Shown here: positions 9,172 to 17,728 of the stretch, in pieces
Layout of the letters: each line of letters opens with the position of its first letter
Numbering within the stretch: position 1 is the stretch's first letter
Origin: Acaryochloris thomasi RCC1774
GTDB lineage: Bacteria; Cyanobacteriota; Cyanobacteriia; Thermosynechococcales; Thermosynechococcaceae
Direction: 5' to 3'
Length of the DNA: 24,000 nucleotides
NCBI RefSeq assembly: GCF_003231495.1
Contig: NZ_PQWO01000011.1
Location: forward strand, 164,893 to 188,892
Made by a program: the position numbers and the translations under genes
Notes under the pieces: model-generated
What the model was told of the DNA's origin: nothing
Databases searched by the model: none
The model's input: the letters and a program-made list of their open reading frames with translations, nothing else

Positions 9172-9918
9172 TTATCTGACCGTCAATGCTGCGCCCACAA
9201 ACGCGATCAGATTGTTCAAGCTATGCATCGCCAGGGGCAGGTAGAGAGAGCGGGTTTTCAGTTGGGCAATCCCCAGCAGCAGACCAAACCCAAAGAGAAT
9301 CCCCATAAAGAATAGATTGTACTGTAGGTGAATGACAGCCCAGATTCCTGACGAGATCAGAACAGCTCCGGTGGGGCCGAGGCTGGATCTCGCGATTCCG
9401 GGTATCATAAAGCCGCGAAATAAAAGCTCCTCAAACAGGGGGCCGACCAACACCACCGCAATAAACAGCGGGACTAAATGGTGAGCAGAGGTAAAAGCCT
9501 CCACCATAAACTGATCGCTTTGGTGAAACAGCTTCATCGATAACTCTGAAAGCACCAAAAAGCCCAGGAAAGCAATGTGCCAGAGGACAAAGGTTTTTAC
9601 TGAAATACCGCGTAGCCCCAAATACTGGGGCACGGTGATGGAGCGCCGCAGACGCACAAAGAAGTAGATCAAACCGATGCCGATGGTATCCGCTACCAGG
9701 GTCGAGATGGCGAGCAAAAGGCCGTTCGTCTCTAAGCTCTTAGCAATCTGGGTGAAATCTTGAACTTCTGCTCCTGGCGTTTGGGCCATGACGATGAAAA
9801 TCGCGACCAATGCGATTGCCGTACTTGCCCCTAGCAAGGTACCGATAATCAGCGTGGAAAAACCGAGGGTTGGCCACAGGGGCCAAGGCTGTGGCTTCAC
9901 GTTCATTGTCATCAGCAA
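9172..9918 (-). CDS. CPBP family intramembrane glutamic endopeptidase (CAAX protease/Abi family)
   Basis: Polytopic membrane protein carrying the three family motifs: EExxxR (FEELLFRGF), FxxxH (WAVIHL) and HxxxN (HSLNN). Confidence 0.8.
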   Translation of the reverse strand: MLMTMNVKPQPWPLWPTLGFSTLIIGTLLGASTAIALVAIFIVMAQTPGAEVQDFTQIAKSLETNGLLLAISTLVADTIGIGLIYFFVRLRRSITVPQYLGLRGISVKTFVLWHIAFLGFLVLSELSMKLFHQSDQFMVEAFTSAHHLVPLFIAVVLVGPLFEELLFRGFMIPGIARSSLGPTGAVLISSGIWAVIHLQYNLFFMGILFGFGLLLGIAQLKTRSLYLPLAMHSLNNLIAFVGAALTVR

Positions 9919-10154
9919 TCATTCCGGCAGTTGAATCGAGTCCTAATCAACCGCTACGTGGGGGCTATATTTGCCGTCCTGCGAAGAGTTATAGATCAGG
10001 CGTTAGCCGTCAGTATAAGTGCTGATCGGAAATCGGGAGATGCATATAGACAGAGCTTGAAAGCTGTGGTAGAGACAACTTTGCTGCTGACGATGCTAGG
10101 CGTGGACCCTTTGAGCCAAAGATACTTCCGATCCAGCGTCCACTTTGTGACCCG

Positions 10155-10970
10155 CTACTGCTGTCGCTGCTCTTGTTCTGATTCTGAAGGAAGCTGCACG
10201 GACATGAGCCCATCATCATTCACTGAGACTCGACCTCCCAGCGCCTCAATTTGGCTGCTAGCAAACTGCTGTGTTCGCTGATCGACGGCACTCATCAATA
10301 TGTTAGACCAAGAGCTAACTTGGGCCTGACGACTATCAGGATTTGTCGCTAAAAACTCAGCCGTCTGCCGGGAGCGTTGTGCTACTTTCCTCAGCCCAGG
10401 CTTTGACGATCGGCCGGCCCAGTTTGCCGCTTGTTCGTAAGATTGACGCGCAGCCTGAGGCTGTCCTAAAAACAACAGTTCATCCGCGGCCTTTGCCTGC
10501 CAGAGAAAGTATGCTTCTGGCTTCATCGCCTCTGGAATCTCGGCGAGTCCCTGCTCTAGCATAGCCACTGATTTCTGAGGTTGTCCGCCGTAGAGGGTCA
10601 CCATTGAAGATAGATAGCTATACATATCTAAAAACAACGGATCGCGATTGACCACCACTTCAAAGAACTCAGGCGTCACCGTATAGCCAGTTTTACTGCG
10701 GGCTTCGTCATCACCAAAATACTGCACCACATTCAGGAAGGCCCAATTGGCAATCAAGTTATCGAAACCAGATGACGGCAATTTCTGGGCCAAGGCCATG
10801 TTGGTCTTATACTGTGCTTCTTCTCGTAGCGCCTCTGCCTTGGTAATTTCTTGGTCGGCCTGCTGTTCTGCGGCCGTGACTTGAGCGGACTGTAGATGGG
10901 CAATGGTACCGGCACAGATAATTGCGATCGCAGGTGCTACAGCCTGTTTGATCAGTCCTCGGATCTGCAT
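10155..10970 (-). CDS. Hypothetical exported protein (helical-repeat/TPR-like look)
   Basis: Intact 271-aa ORF with an N-terminal signal-like segment (AVAPAIAIICAGTIAHLQSA). AGGA lies just upstream of ATG 10970. I recognise no family. Confidence 0.5.
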   Translation of the reverse strand: MQIRGLIKQAVAPAIAIICAGTIAHLQSAQVTAAEQQADQEITKAEALREEAQYKTNMALAQKLPSSGFDNLIANWAFLNVVQYFGDDEARSKTGYTVTPEFFEVVVNRDPLFLDMYSYLSSMVTLYGGQPQKSVAMLEQGLAEIPEAMKPEAYFLWQAKAADELLFLGQPQAARQSYEQAANWAGRSSKPGLRKVAQRSRQTAEFLATNPDSRQAQVSSWSNILMSAVDQRTQQFASSQIEALGGRVSVNDDGLMSVQLPSESEQEQRQQ

Positions 10971-11052
10971 TTTTCCTAAATCCCCAATGTCCGCAGCCTT
11001 AGTGTTCCCAAACTGGACTCAAAAATTTCAGGGTGGAGAAAATTTTCCCAGC

Positions 11053-11583
11053 TCAGCAATTCTCAGTTGCGGCAATTGGGGGCAGGCTATCCAAAAACTT
11101 TTCTCCTAAATCCTGAGGCTTGATCTGTTCGTATAGCTCAAACGGTTGATGAATCCAGGGGTTGTCTGCCAAGTGCTCGACAAAGTAATGCGGCTCGATC
11201 ACTGAGGCCGCTTTGCACCAGATCACTGCTGTGCGGACCTGATCAATGTCTGTATGCTGCTGTAGCCAGACGAGTGTTTGCTTCAGAGTCTGTCCAGAAT
11301 CGACTAAATCGTCCACCAATAGAACTTTCGTTCCTAGCTTTGGGGTCGCCATCGTCAAGGTAGAAGCGATATTCAATGCTCCCCGATGCTGGTCGTGATA
11401 GGAAGATGCGGCCAGAACTGCGAGCGGGCAATCATAGATTCGAGAAAGGATATCTCCAATCCGAAGACCGCCCCGAGCTAGACAAATAATTTGGTCAAAC
11501 TGCCAGCCTGACTGGTATACAGTGGCTGCCAACTGTTCAATTTTGTGGTGATACTCAGACCAAGACACATGCAAATCTGTCAT
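11053..11583 (-). CDS. Phosphoribosyltransferase (purine/xanthine-guanine PRT-like)
   Basis: Contains the PRPP-binding loop KVLLVDDLVDSGQTL and ARGGLRIGDILS. The size (176 aa) fits type I PRTases. Confidence 0.75.
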   Translation of the reverse strand: MTDLHVSWSEYHHKIEQLAATVYQSGWQFDQIICLARGGLRIGDILSRIYDCPLAVLAASSYHDQHRGALNIASTLTMATPKLGTKVLLVDDLVDSGQTLKQTLVWLQQHTDIDQVRTAVIWCKAASVIEPHYFVEHLADNPWIHQPFELYEQIKPQDLGEKFLDSLPPIAATENC

Positions 11584-11834
11584 TCTGATAACTCTTCAAG
11601 AAGAGACCCGTCGCTTTTCCCCTCCCTCGCCGCTCAAGTCGGGATGCAAATTCTTTGAACATCCACGACCGCTCCAGGAAGCATGAGCAAACTAAAAAGC
11701 AGCTTTGCCACTTTATCGCTGCTGGATAACAAGACACAATTGTTTTCTAGCTGGCTGATGCCATTGCGTCTAAATCATCTGTCAGGATTAGACAACAGGT
11801 ACAATTAAACACCTGTGCCGTTGGTGATTTGTGC

Positions 11835-14183
11835 ATGTCTACTGCTGCCCACTGTTCCCCAGATGAAATTGCTTCCGAGGGTCTGAAGCCGGGAGAATAT
11901 GACGAGATTGTTCAGCGACTTGGTCGCCACCCCAATCGAGCTGAGTTGGGGATGTTTGGGGTCATGTGGTCTGAACATTGCTGCTACAAAAACTCCAGAC
12001 CCCTGCTGTCCCAGTTTCCCACCGCAGGAGAGCGTATCCTCGTGGGACCGGGGGAAAATGCCGGGGTTGTCGATCTCGGCGATGGGCTGCAGCTTGCTTT
12101 CAAGATTGAGTCTCACAATCACCCCTCGGCTGTGGAACCCTTTCAGGGAGCGGCCACTGGTGTTGGGGGGATCCTTCGTGATATTTTTACGATGGGGGCC
12201 AGACCGATTGCGGTCCTCAATTCTCTGCGATTTGGCAGCTTGGACGATGCTCGAACGCGCCGCCTTTTCAATGGCGTTGTTTCTGGTATTGCCCACTACG
12301 GCAACTGCGTCGGGGTGCCGACGGTGGGCGGCGAAGTCTATTTTGATCCGGCCTACAGCGGCAATCCGCTGGTGAATGCGATGGCTCTGGGCCTGATGGA
12401 GATCCCAGAGATTATGAAGTCTGGGGCGGCTGGCGTGGGCAATCCGGTGCTCTATGTGGGTTCCACGACCGGACGAGACGGTATGGGAGGCGCTAGCTTC
12501 GCCAGTGCTGAACTCAATGCCGAGTCTGAAGTCGAAGATCGCCCTGCAGTGCAGGTGGGTGACCCGTTTTTAGAAAAGTCACTGATTGAAGCTTGTTTGG
12601 AAGCGTTCAAGACTGGCGCTGTAGTAGCCGCTCAAGACATGGGTGCGGCGGGGCTGACCTGCTCTACGGCTGAGATGGCGGCCAAGGGCGGATTGGGAAT
12701 TGACCTAGATCTAGACCTGATTCCCAATCGGGAAACGGGAATGGTGCCCTACGAGTATCTGCTTTCTGAATCTCAGGAGCGAATGCTGTTTGTGGCTGAG
12801 AAAGGCCGCGAACAGGAGCTCATTGATATTTTCCATCGCTGGGGTCTGCAGGCCGTGGTGGCGGGTTCTGTGATTCCTGAGTCCTTGGTCAAGATTCGCT
12901 TTCAAGGCGAGGTGGCGGCGGAGATTCCGGCCACGGCGCTGTCGGATAACACGCCCATTTATCATCGAGAGCTACCGCCCGAGCCGCCTGAGTACGCGCA
13001 GAAGGCTTGGGAATGGAGTTGCGATCGCATCCCTCCCTGCACAATCCAAGGCATCGAAATCCAAGGCAAGGCCAAAAACTGGACCCAAATTCTTTTAGAC
13101 CTCCTGGCTACCCCCACCATCGCCTCCAAGCGCTGGGTTTACCGCCAGTACGATCACCAAGTCCAGAACAACACCGTCACCCTTCCTGGAGACGCCGACG
13201 CTGCCGTGATCCGTCTTCGCCCCCTTGAAGGAGTCGCGCCTAGGGGCAACTCAGCGGTCGCAGCCACCGTTGACTGTAACGCCCGCTACGTCTACCTCGA
13301 TCCCTATGAAGGGGCCAAGGCAACCGTGGCTGAAGCCGCCCGTAATCTAAGCTGCGTCGGTGCTGAACCGATCGCCGTCACCGACAATCTCAACTTTGGC
13401 AGTCCTGAAAAGCCGATTGGCTACTGGCAACTGGCTGAAGCCTGTCGCGGTCTCTCAGAGGGCTGCACAGCCTTTAGCACCCCCGTGACCGGCGGCAATG
13501 TCTCGCTCTATAACGAAACCCTCAATGCTGCGGGAGAACCCCAGCCCATTTATCCCACCCCGGTTGTGGGAATGGTGGGGCTGATCTCAAATCTTGAGCA
13601 GACCTGTGGGCAGGGCTGGCAAGACGAAGGCGATCTGATTTACTTGTTAGGCGCTCTGCTCACGCCGCAGCCTGTCGAGCAAGGAGCGGTGACTTTAGGT
13701 GGTTCTGAGTATTTGGCTGCCATTCATCAGCAGGTAGCAGGCCGTCCGCCCAGGGTTGATTTTGAACTGGAGCGTCAGGTGCAGGTAGCCTGCCGCCACG
13801 GTATCCAGAAAGGCTGGATTCAATCAGCTCATGATTCTGCTGAAGGCGGGGTGGTTGTTGCCTTGGCCGAGTCCTGCATTAGCGGCCAGCGAGGTGCAGA
13901 GCTTGAGCTGGCCTCCTCCAAGGGTGAGCTGCGGTGGGATGAGCTGTTGTTTGGAGAAGGGGGCGCTAGAATTTTAGTGTCGTTGCGATCGCAACATCAA
14001 CAAGCTTGGGAATCCTACTTACAAACGCAGGCGCTACCCTGGGAATACCTCGGTCACGTTAGCGGTCAAAATAGCCTCGATCTCCGTGCAAATGGGCATA
14101 TGATTCTTTCTGCCTCTCTCGCGAATATGACTGACCGTTGGAGTCATGCCATTGAAAATAAGCTCAATCCAGAGGACAGCTAA
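11835..14183 (+). CDS. purL: Phosphoribosylformylglycinamidine synthase subunit PurL (FGAM synthase II)
   Basis: [51 protein letters not shown] and GGNVSLYNE are PurL hallmarks. The track ORF starts at TTG 11829; the first ATG is 11835. Confidence 0.9.
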   Translation: MSTAAHCSPDEIASEGLKPGEYDEIVQRLGRHPNRAELGMFGVMWSEHCCYKNSRPLLSQFPTAGERILVGPGENAGVVDLGDGLQLAFKIESHNHPSAVEPFQGAATGVGGILRDIFTMGARPIAVLNSLRFGSLDDARTRRLFNGVVSGIAHYGNCVGVPTVGGEVYFDPAYSGNPLVNAMALGLMEIPEIMKSGAAGVGNPVLYVGSTTGRDGMGGASFASAELNAESEVEDRPAVQVGDPFLEKSLIEACLEAFKTGAVVAAQDMGAAGLTCSTAEMAAKGGLGIDLDLDLIPNRETGMVPYEYLLSESQERMLFVAEKGREQELIDIFHRWGLQAVVAGSVIPESLVKIRFQGEVAAEIPATALSDNTPIYHRELPPEPPEYAQKAWEWSCDRIPPCTIQGIEIQGKAKNWTQILLDLLATPTIASKRWVYRQYDHQVQNNTVTLPGDADAAVIRLRPLEGVAPRGNSAVAATVDCNARYVYLDPYEGAKATVAEAARNLSCVGAEPIAVTDNLNFGSPEKPIGYWQLAEACRGLSEGCTAFSTPVTGGNVSLYNETLNAAGEPQPIYPTPVVGMVGLISNLEQTCGQGWQDEGDLIYLLGALLTPQPVEQGAVTLGGSEYLAAIHQQVAGRPPRVDFELERQVQVACRHGIQKGWIQSAHDSAEGGVVVALAESCISGQRGAELELASSKGELRWDELLFGEGGARILVSLRSQHQQAWESYLQTQALPWEYLGHVSGQNSLDLRANGHMILSASLANMTDRWSHAIENKLNPEDS
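13021..13028. repeat. HIP1 octamer GCGATCGC (one representative of at least 16 copies)
   Basis: Exact GCGATCGC copies found by eye start at 233, 1954, 2157, 3381, 4131, 4632, 4842, 8301, 10924, 13021, 13985, 14819, 17528, 20962, 21803 and 22914. None lies inside the LRR gene or the GGDEF gene. This density is a cyanobacterial hallmark. Confidence 0.9.
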
Positions 14184-14251
14184 TCCAAATTTGGATCGGC
14201 GATCCCCCTAGAAGTTTGTTATTGTCTTAAATATTCCTTAATATTTCCTCC

Positions 14252-15790
14252 ATGTATTCAGGTGACGCGGTGTCAATATCTAGCATGACTGCTCAAGAGC
14301 CCACTGGCCCAGTTCTCGACATTGACCGCCTTCCTCCCCCTGACCTGCTAGCGGAGGATAAGCCAGAAGAAGCCTGTGGGGTCTTTGGCGTTTATACCGT
14401 TAGGCATGAAGCCGCCAAGCTCGCCTACTTTGGTCTATTTGCACTCCAGCATCGAGGGCAAGAGTCCGCCGGGATTGCCACGTTTCAGGGCGATAAGGTT
14501 CACGTTCACAAAGATATGGGTTTGGTGACCCAGGTTTTTGATGAGCAAATTTTGGAGCAGCTTCCGGGCAGCATTGCGGTGGGCCACACGCGCTACTCAA
14601 CAACGGGATCAAGTCGGGTGGTCAATGCCCAGCCCGTCATCGTTGAGACCCGTTTGGGAACGCTAGCCCTGGCGCACAACGGCAATCTCGTCAATACTGC
14701 TATTTTGCGAGAGCAGGTCTTGGCGCACAACTGGTCCTTGGAGACCACCACTGACTCTGAGGTCATTGCCTACGCCATTGCTCAGGAAATCTCGACGGGT
14801 AAGGATTGGCTGGACAGTGCGATCGCAGCCTGTCAGACCTGTGAGGGAGCCTTTAGCCTCGTCATCGGTACCCCTGAAGGTGTTATGGGCGTTCGTGATC
14901 CCCACGGTATTCGACCGCTGGTGCTGGGAATTCTAACCTCTGCCGATAGCCCTGGGAATCCTCAGTACGTCTTGGCCTCTGAAACCTGTGGCCTCGACAT
15001 CATTGGGGCCGAATATCTACGGGATGTCGAACCCGGTGAACTGGTGTGGATTACAAAAGAGGGACTCGCCTCTTTTCACTGGAGCCAGCGCCCTGAGCCA
15101 AAGCTCTGCGTCTTCGAAATGATTTACTTCGCTCGACCTGACAGCCAGATGCATGGTGAAAGCCTCTATAGCTACCGCTTACGCCTCGGCGAATATTTAG
15201 CAAAAGAATCTCCTGTTGAGGCCGACATTGTTATTGCGGTTCCAGACTCTGGAATTCCTGCCGCCATCGGTTTTTCACAGCTCAGCGGCATTCCCTACGC
15301 CGAAGGTCTGATCAAGAATCGATACGTTGGTCGTACCTTTATTCAACCGACCCAGGCCATGCGAGAGCTGGGCATCAAAATGAAGCTCAACCCGCTTCGA
15401 GATGTGTTAGAGGGTAAGCGGGTCGTGATTGTAGACGACTCCATTGTCCGAGGCACCACCAGTCACAAGATTGTCAAAGCACTGCGAGATGCGGGGGCGG
15501 CTGAAGTGCATATGCGCGTCTCCTCTCCCCCTGTGACCCATCCCTGTTTTTACGGCATTGACACCGACAACCAAGACCAGCTGATTGCGGCCACCAAGTC
15601 GGTGCAGGAAATTGCGGACAAAATTGGCGTTGATTCACTTGCCTTCCTGCGGCATGACAGCATGCTAGAGGCTGCTCAGGATAGCGACAGTCATTTTTGC
15701 TCGGCCTGCTTTTCTGGCAACTATCCGATTACGATCCCCGAATCTCTCAGAGCCTCGAAGCTGATGCTAGAAGAAGCGGTTTCGTCCTAA
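14252..15790 (+). CDS. purF: Amidophosphoribosyltransferase PurF
   Basis: Catalytic N-terminal Cys in EACGVFGV, PRPP loop VVIVDDSIVRGTT, and Fe-S cysteines (PCFYGID, CSACFSGNYP). The start is ambiguous between ATG 14252 and ATG 14285. Confidence 0.9.
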   Translation: MYSGDAVSISSMTAQEPTGPVLDIDRLPPPDLLAEDKPEEACGVFGVYTVRHEAAKLAYFGLFALQHRGQESAGIATFQGDKVHVHKDMGLVTQVFDEQILEQLPGSIAVGHTRYSTTGSSRVVNAQPVIVETRLGTLALAHNGNLVNTAILREQVLAHNWSLETTTDSEVIAYAIAQEISTGKDWLDSAIAACQTCEGAFSLVIGTPEGVMGVRDPHGIRPLVLGILTSADSPGNPQYVLASETCGLDIIGAEYLRDVEPGELVWITKEGLASFHWSQRPEPKLCVFEMIYFARPDSQMHGESLYSYRLRLGEYLAKESPVEADIVIAVPDSGIPAAIGFSQLSGIPYAEGLIKNRYVGRTFIQPTQAMRELGIKMKLNPLRDVLEGKRVVIVDDSIVRGTTSHKIVKALRDAGAAEVHMRVSSPPVTHPCFYGIDTDNQDQLIAATKSVQEIADKIGVDSLAFLRHDSMLEAAQDSDSHFCSACFSGNYPITIPESLRASKLMLEEAVSS

Positions 15791-15806
15791 ACATTCTCAA
15801 GCACCC

Positions 15807-16793
15807 ATGGATATCCAGCGATGGTTAGCGCGGCAAGAACCTCAGTGGCAGCGGCTGGAGTCTCTGCTGCGGCAGGCTGAGTCTAAAAGCCTAAAGCGAA
15901 TGTCAGCTTCTGAGGTGCAGGAGCTGAGCGGTCTCTATCGCCTAGTGGCGTCTGATCTGGCACGGGCAAAGGCGCGTCAGGTGGGTCCGGCCATCACGGA
16001 AAAGCTCCAGGGGCTGACGATGCGGGGCTATGCTCAGATTTATCAGGGGGGACGGCGGCAGGAGTGGCAGCAGGTTGTTGACTTTTTTCTGTGGGGCTTC
16101 CCGAGGGCGGTGCAGGATACATGGAAGCAGATCGCCGCTGCGACGCTTATCTTCATCGTTGGCGGCTTGATCGGTTGGTGGTACGCTTGGCGCGATCCAG
16201 CCTTTATCTCCACGATGGTTTCTCAGGACATGATTGATCTAGTGCAGGATGAAGGTGAGCTATGGACGGGATCTATGGTGGGAGCAGAGCCGATCGCCTC
16301 TAGCTTTCTAATGCGGAATAATATTGGCGTCACTTTCAAAGCCTTTGCTGGTGGTATGTTGGCGGGGTTTGGGACGAGCTACATTATGTGGGTCAACGGG
16401 TTGCTGATTGGTGTCGTTGCAACTTTGGTGGGTCAGAATGATCTTGCTTACCCCTTTTGGGCCTTCGTCTTGCCCCACGGCTCACTAGAGCTACCGGCTA
16501 TTTTTTTGGCGGGGGGCGCAGGTTTATGTCTTGCACAGGGCCTGATTTTCCCGGGACAGTATAAGCGCCTTGATGCCCTGAGAATAGGGGGCGGAAAGGC
16601 CATTCAACTTATGTTTGGTGTTGTTCCTATGCTGGTGATTGCGGGCATCATTGAGGGCTTTTTCTCTCCCGCGCCAGGGGTTCCTGATGCCGCGAAGTAT
16701 CTAGTGGGTCTATCGCTATTCTGGGCACTGATCCTCTATTTACGTCGTCGGCCAAGGGACGTGATCCCAGCATCTATTATTCCTCAAGAATAG
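15807..16793 (+). CDS. DUF95 / SpoIIM-like integral membrane protein
   Basis: It has an N-terminal soluble helical region (WQRLESLL...LSGLYRLVASDLARAK) followed by about 5 TM segments, with LPHGSLELPAIFLAGGAG typical of the SpoIIM/DUF95 family. It lies 16 nt after the purF stop. Confidence 0.7.
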   Translation: MDIQRWLARQEPQWQRLESLLRQAESKSLKRMSASEVQELSGLYRLVASDLARAKARQVGPAITEKLQGLTMRGYAQIYQGGRRQEWQQVVDFFLWGFPRAVQDTWKQIAAATLIFIVGGLIGWWYAWRDPAFISTMVSQDMIDLVQDEGELWTGSMVGAEPIASSFLMRNNIGVTFKAFAGGMLAGFGTSYIMWVNGLLIGVVATLVGQNDLAYPFWAFVLPHGSLELPAIFLAGGAGLCLAQGLIFPGQYKRLDALRIGGGKAIQLMFGVVPMLVIAGIIEGFFSPAPGVPDAAKYLVGLSLFWALILYLRRRPRDVIPASIIPQE

Positions 16794-16801
16794 GTCCGGA
16801 T

Positions 16802-16816
16802 GCAGGCAAAGCCTGT
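16802..16816 (+). terminator. Small hairpin directly after the DUF95 gene stop
   Basis: CAGGC-AAA-GCCUG (16803-16815) with a G-U closing pair at 16802/16816, followed by CUAGUUUCUGG. The stem is short and the U tract poor. Confidence 0.25.
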
Positions 16817-16829
16817 GCTAGTTTCTGGC

Positions 16830-16860
16830 TTGACATCAATTGCTGGATGATGGCTATACT
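16830..16860 (+). promoter_or_regulatory. Sigma70-type promoter candidate for the RHH/TMEM14 unit
   Basis: Consensus -35 TTGACA (16830-16835) and TATACT (16855-16860). The spacer is 19 nt (18 nt if the -10 is read as CTATAC), which is longer than optimal. Confidence 0.35.
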
Positions 16861-17008
16861 ACAATCGTAGTATGGAGCAGTAGCCGTATTGATCAGAGCT
16901 TCAAGGCGGCTGAACGTGACGCGACTCTGAACGCGGTGCGACTAAGGAAAGGCTGTTCTTATCCATGCGAGCACCGCTGGTGCTCCTGTTCCTTTAGGAG
17001 GTATTGTT
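16861..17008 (+). promoter_or_regulatory. Structured 5' leader (candidate cis-regulatory RNA/attenuator, class unknown)
   Basis: Hand-folded hairpins lie at 16881-16912 and 16915-16940, and a perfect 7-bp GAGCACC/GGUGCUC hairpin lies at 16969-16985, just upstream of the AGGAGG SD (16996-17001). An alternative pairing GGAGCA (16874-16879) with UGCUCC (16981-16986) is also possible. Confidence 0.3.
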
Positions 17009-17344
17009 TTGCCCACGAGTCACCACACTTCTACAACGGATATGCAGGTTACGAGCATCCGTCTGGAGCGAGAGCTAAAGGAGCGTCTCAAAACACTGGC
17101 GGGCAATCAAGGATATCAAACCCTAATCCGTGATGTTCTCTGGACCTATGTACAGCAAAAATCAGGGGACGATCGGCTTTCACCCACTCAGATTAGCGCC
17201 AGTGTCCCGGCCATCGCTCACCAGCAGCAGCACTGTGCCGTGACCGGTCAGGTTATTCAGCCCCAAGAGGCAATGCAGCTTGGGTTCACGACCGAGGGGA
17301 TGGTGGTGCCGTTAAGTTCTGATGAATGGCAGGATAAAGCTTAG
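17009..17344 (+). CDS. Ribbon-helix-helix (BrnA/CopG-like) domain protein with a ~60-aa C-terminal extension
   Basis: VTSIRLERELKERLKTLAGNQGYQTLIRDVLWTYVQQ resembles the BrnA-type RHH motif (IRL...LK..A...GYQTLI). TTG 17009 sits 7 nt after a full AGGAGG SD. ATG 17042 is an alternative start without an SD. Confidence 0.55.
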   Translation: MPTSHHTSTTDMQVTSIRLERELKERLKTLAGNQGYQTLIRDVLWTYVQQKSGDDRLSPTQISASVPAIAHQQQHCAVTGQVIQPQEAMQLGFTTEGMVVPLSSDEWQDKA

Positions 17345-17392
17345 GGCTGCATCCTCTGGTAAGGTTTGATTCATCCTCTACGGCAAGCAATC

Positions 17393-17701
17393 ATGACTCC
17401 TGGAACCCTAGCTGCATTACTCTACGGCTTGCTCAACATTGCCGGTGGCGTGATGGGCTATGTGAAGAGCAAGAGCAAGATTTCTCTGATCATGGGCTGC
17501 TTTTTTGGCATGCTGCTGGTGGTAGGTGCGATCGCAACCTTGAAAGGCAGCGCGATTGGATTATCGATGGCAACGGTGATTACTGGCATATTGGTCGTTG
17601 TGTTCGGCATTCGATGGGTCAAGACCCAGAAGGTTATGCCGTCAGGCCTGATGGTGATTTTGGGCGCTGTCTCACTATTGATTATGGTGTTGGTAAAGTA
17701 G
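17393..17701 (+). CDS. TMEM14 (UPF0136) family small membrane protein
   Basis: LLYGLLNIAGGVMGYVKSKSKISLIMG ... IRWVKTQKVMPSGLMV matches the TMEM14 pattern (GGxxGYxK..S..SL; R....K.MPxG), with four TM segments. The track ORF starts at TTG 17366; the first ATG is 17393. Confidence 0.7.
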   Translation: MTPGTLAALLYGLLNIAGGVMGYVKSKSKISLIMGCFFGMLLVVGAIATLKGSAIGLSMATVITGILVVVFGIRWVKTQKVMPSGLMVILGAVSLLIMVLVK

Positions 17702-17712
17702 GCCATCCCAAC

Positions 17713-17728
17713 GCAGGAAAGCCTGTTT
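17713..17728 (+). terminator. Small hairpin plus UUU after the TMEM14 gene
   Basis: GCAGG-AAAG-CCUGU followed by UUAAAUAU. The core GCAGG(C)AAAGCCTGT is nearly identical to the hairpin at 16802-16816. Confidence 0.25.

Noticed and set aside
10929-10949. A third GCAGG...GCCTGTTT occurrence resembling the hairpin repeats that bracket the RHH/TMEM14 module.
   Set aside because: It lies inside the coding sequence of the 271-aa protein (encoding the signal peptide) and has a different, longer loop. It is most likely a chance CAGG/CCTG match.
11805-12375. Long alternative-frame or antisense ORFs inside real genes. Examples: 11805-12296 (minus), 11899-12375 (plus), 1693-1974, 2056-2415, 2428-2727, 4643-4936, 13007-13228 and 19429-19761.
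   Set aside because: They overlap ORFs with strong family signatures (purL, GT39, MOSC/SBP, UPF0016). Their compositions are Arg/Pro/Ser/Gly-rich, as is typical of shadow frames in GC-rich coding DNA.
16793-16818. AGGUCCGGAUGCAGGCAAAGCC resembles the SRP (4.5S) RNA domain IV string AGGUCCGGAAGGAAGCAGCC.
   Set aside because: The UCC-GGAA-GGA apical hairpin cannot form here (UCC GGAU GCA). The segment overlaps the DUF95 stop codon, and there is no flanking helix 5 or 8 context.
16872-16886. GGAGCAGUAGCC in the leader resembles the GGGGAGUAGC loop of the yybP-ykoY Mn2+ riboswitch. This was tempting because UPF0016 Mn-transporter-type genes lie 2 kb away.
   Set aside because: I could not find the second conserved half of that motif (the UUGACAUA / AGACC type elements and the four-way junction). 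The downstream genes are also not the usual targets. I left the element unclassified rather than call it.
16840-17133. 97-aa track ORF covering the leader region and the 5' end of the RHH gene.
   Set aside because: Its composition is Cys/Arg/Ser/Gly-rich and not protein-like. It has no SD. It overlaps out of frame with the TTG 17009 ORF, which has a full AGGAGG SD and a recognisable RHH motif. I treat the region as non-coding leader.
17009-17344. The RHH protein as the antitoxin of a type II toxin-antitoxin pair (BrnT/BrnA-like).
   Set aside because: No candidate toxin ORF lies upstream or downstream in any frame, and the translated leader frames do not resemble BrnT, RelE or HicA. I call it only an orphan RHH-domain protein.
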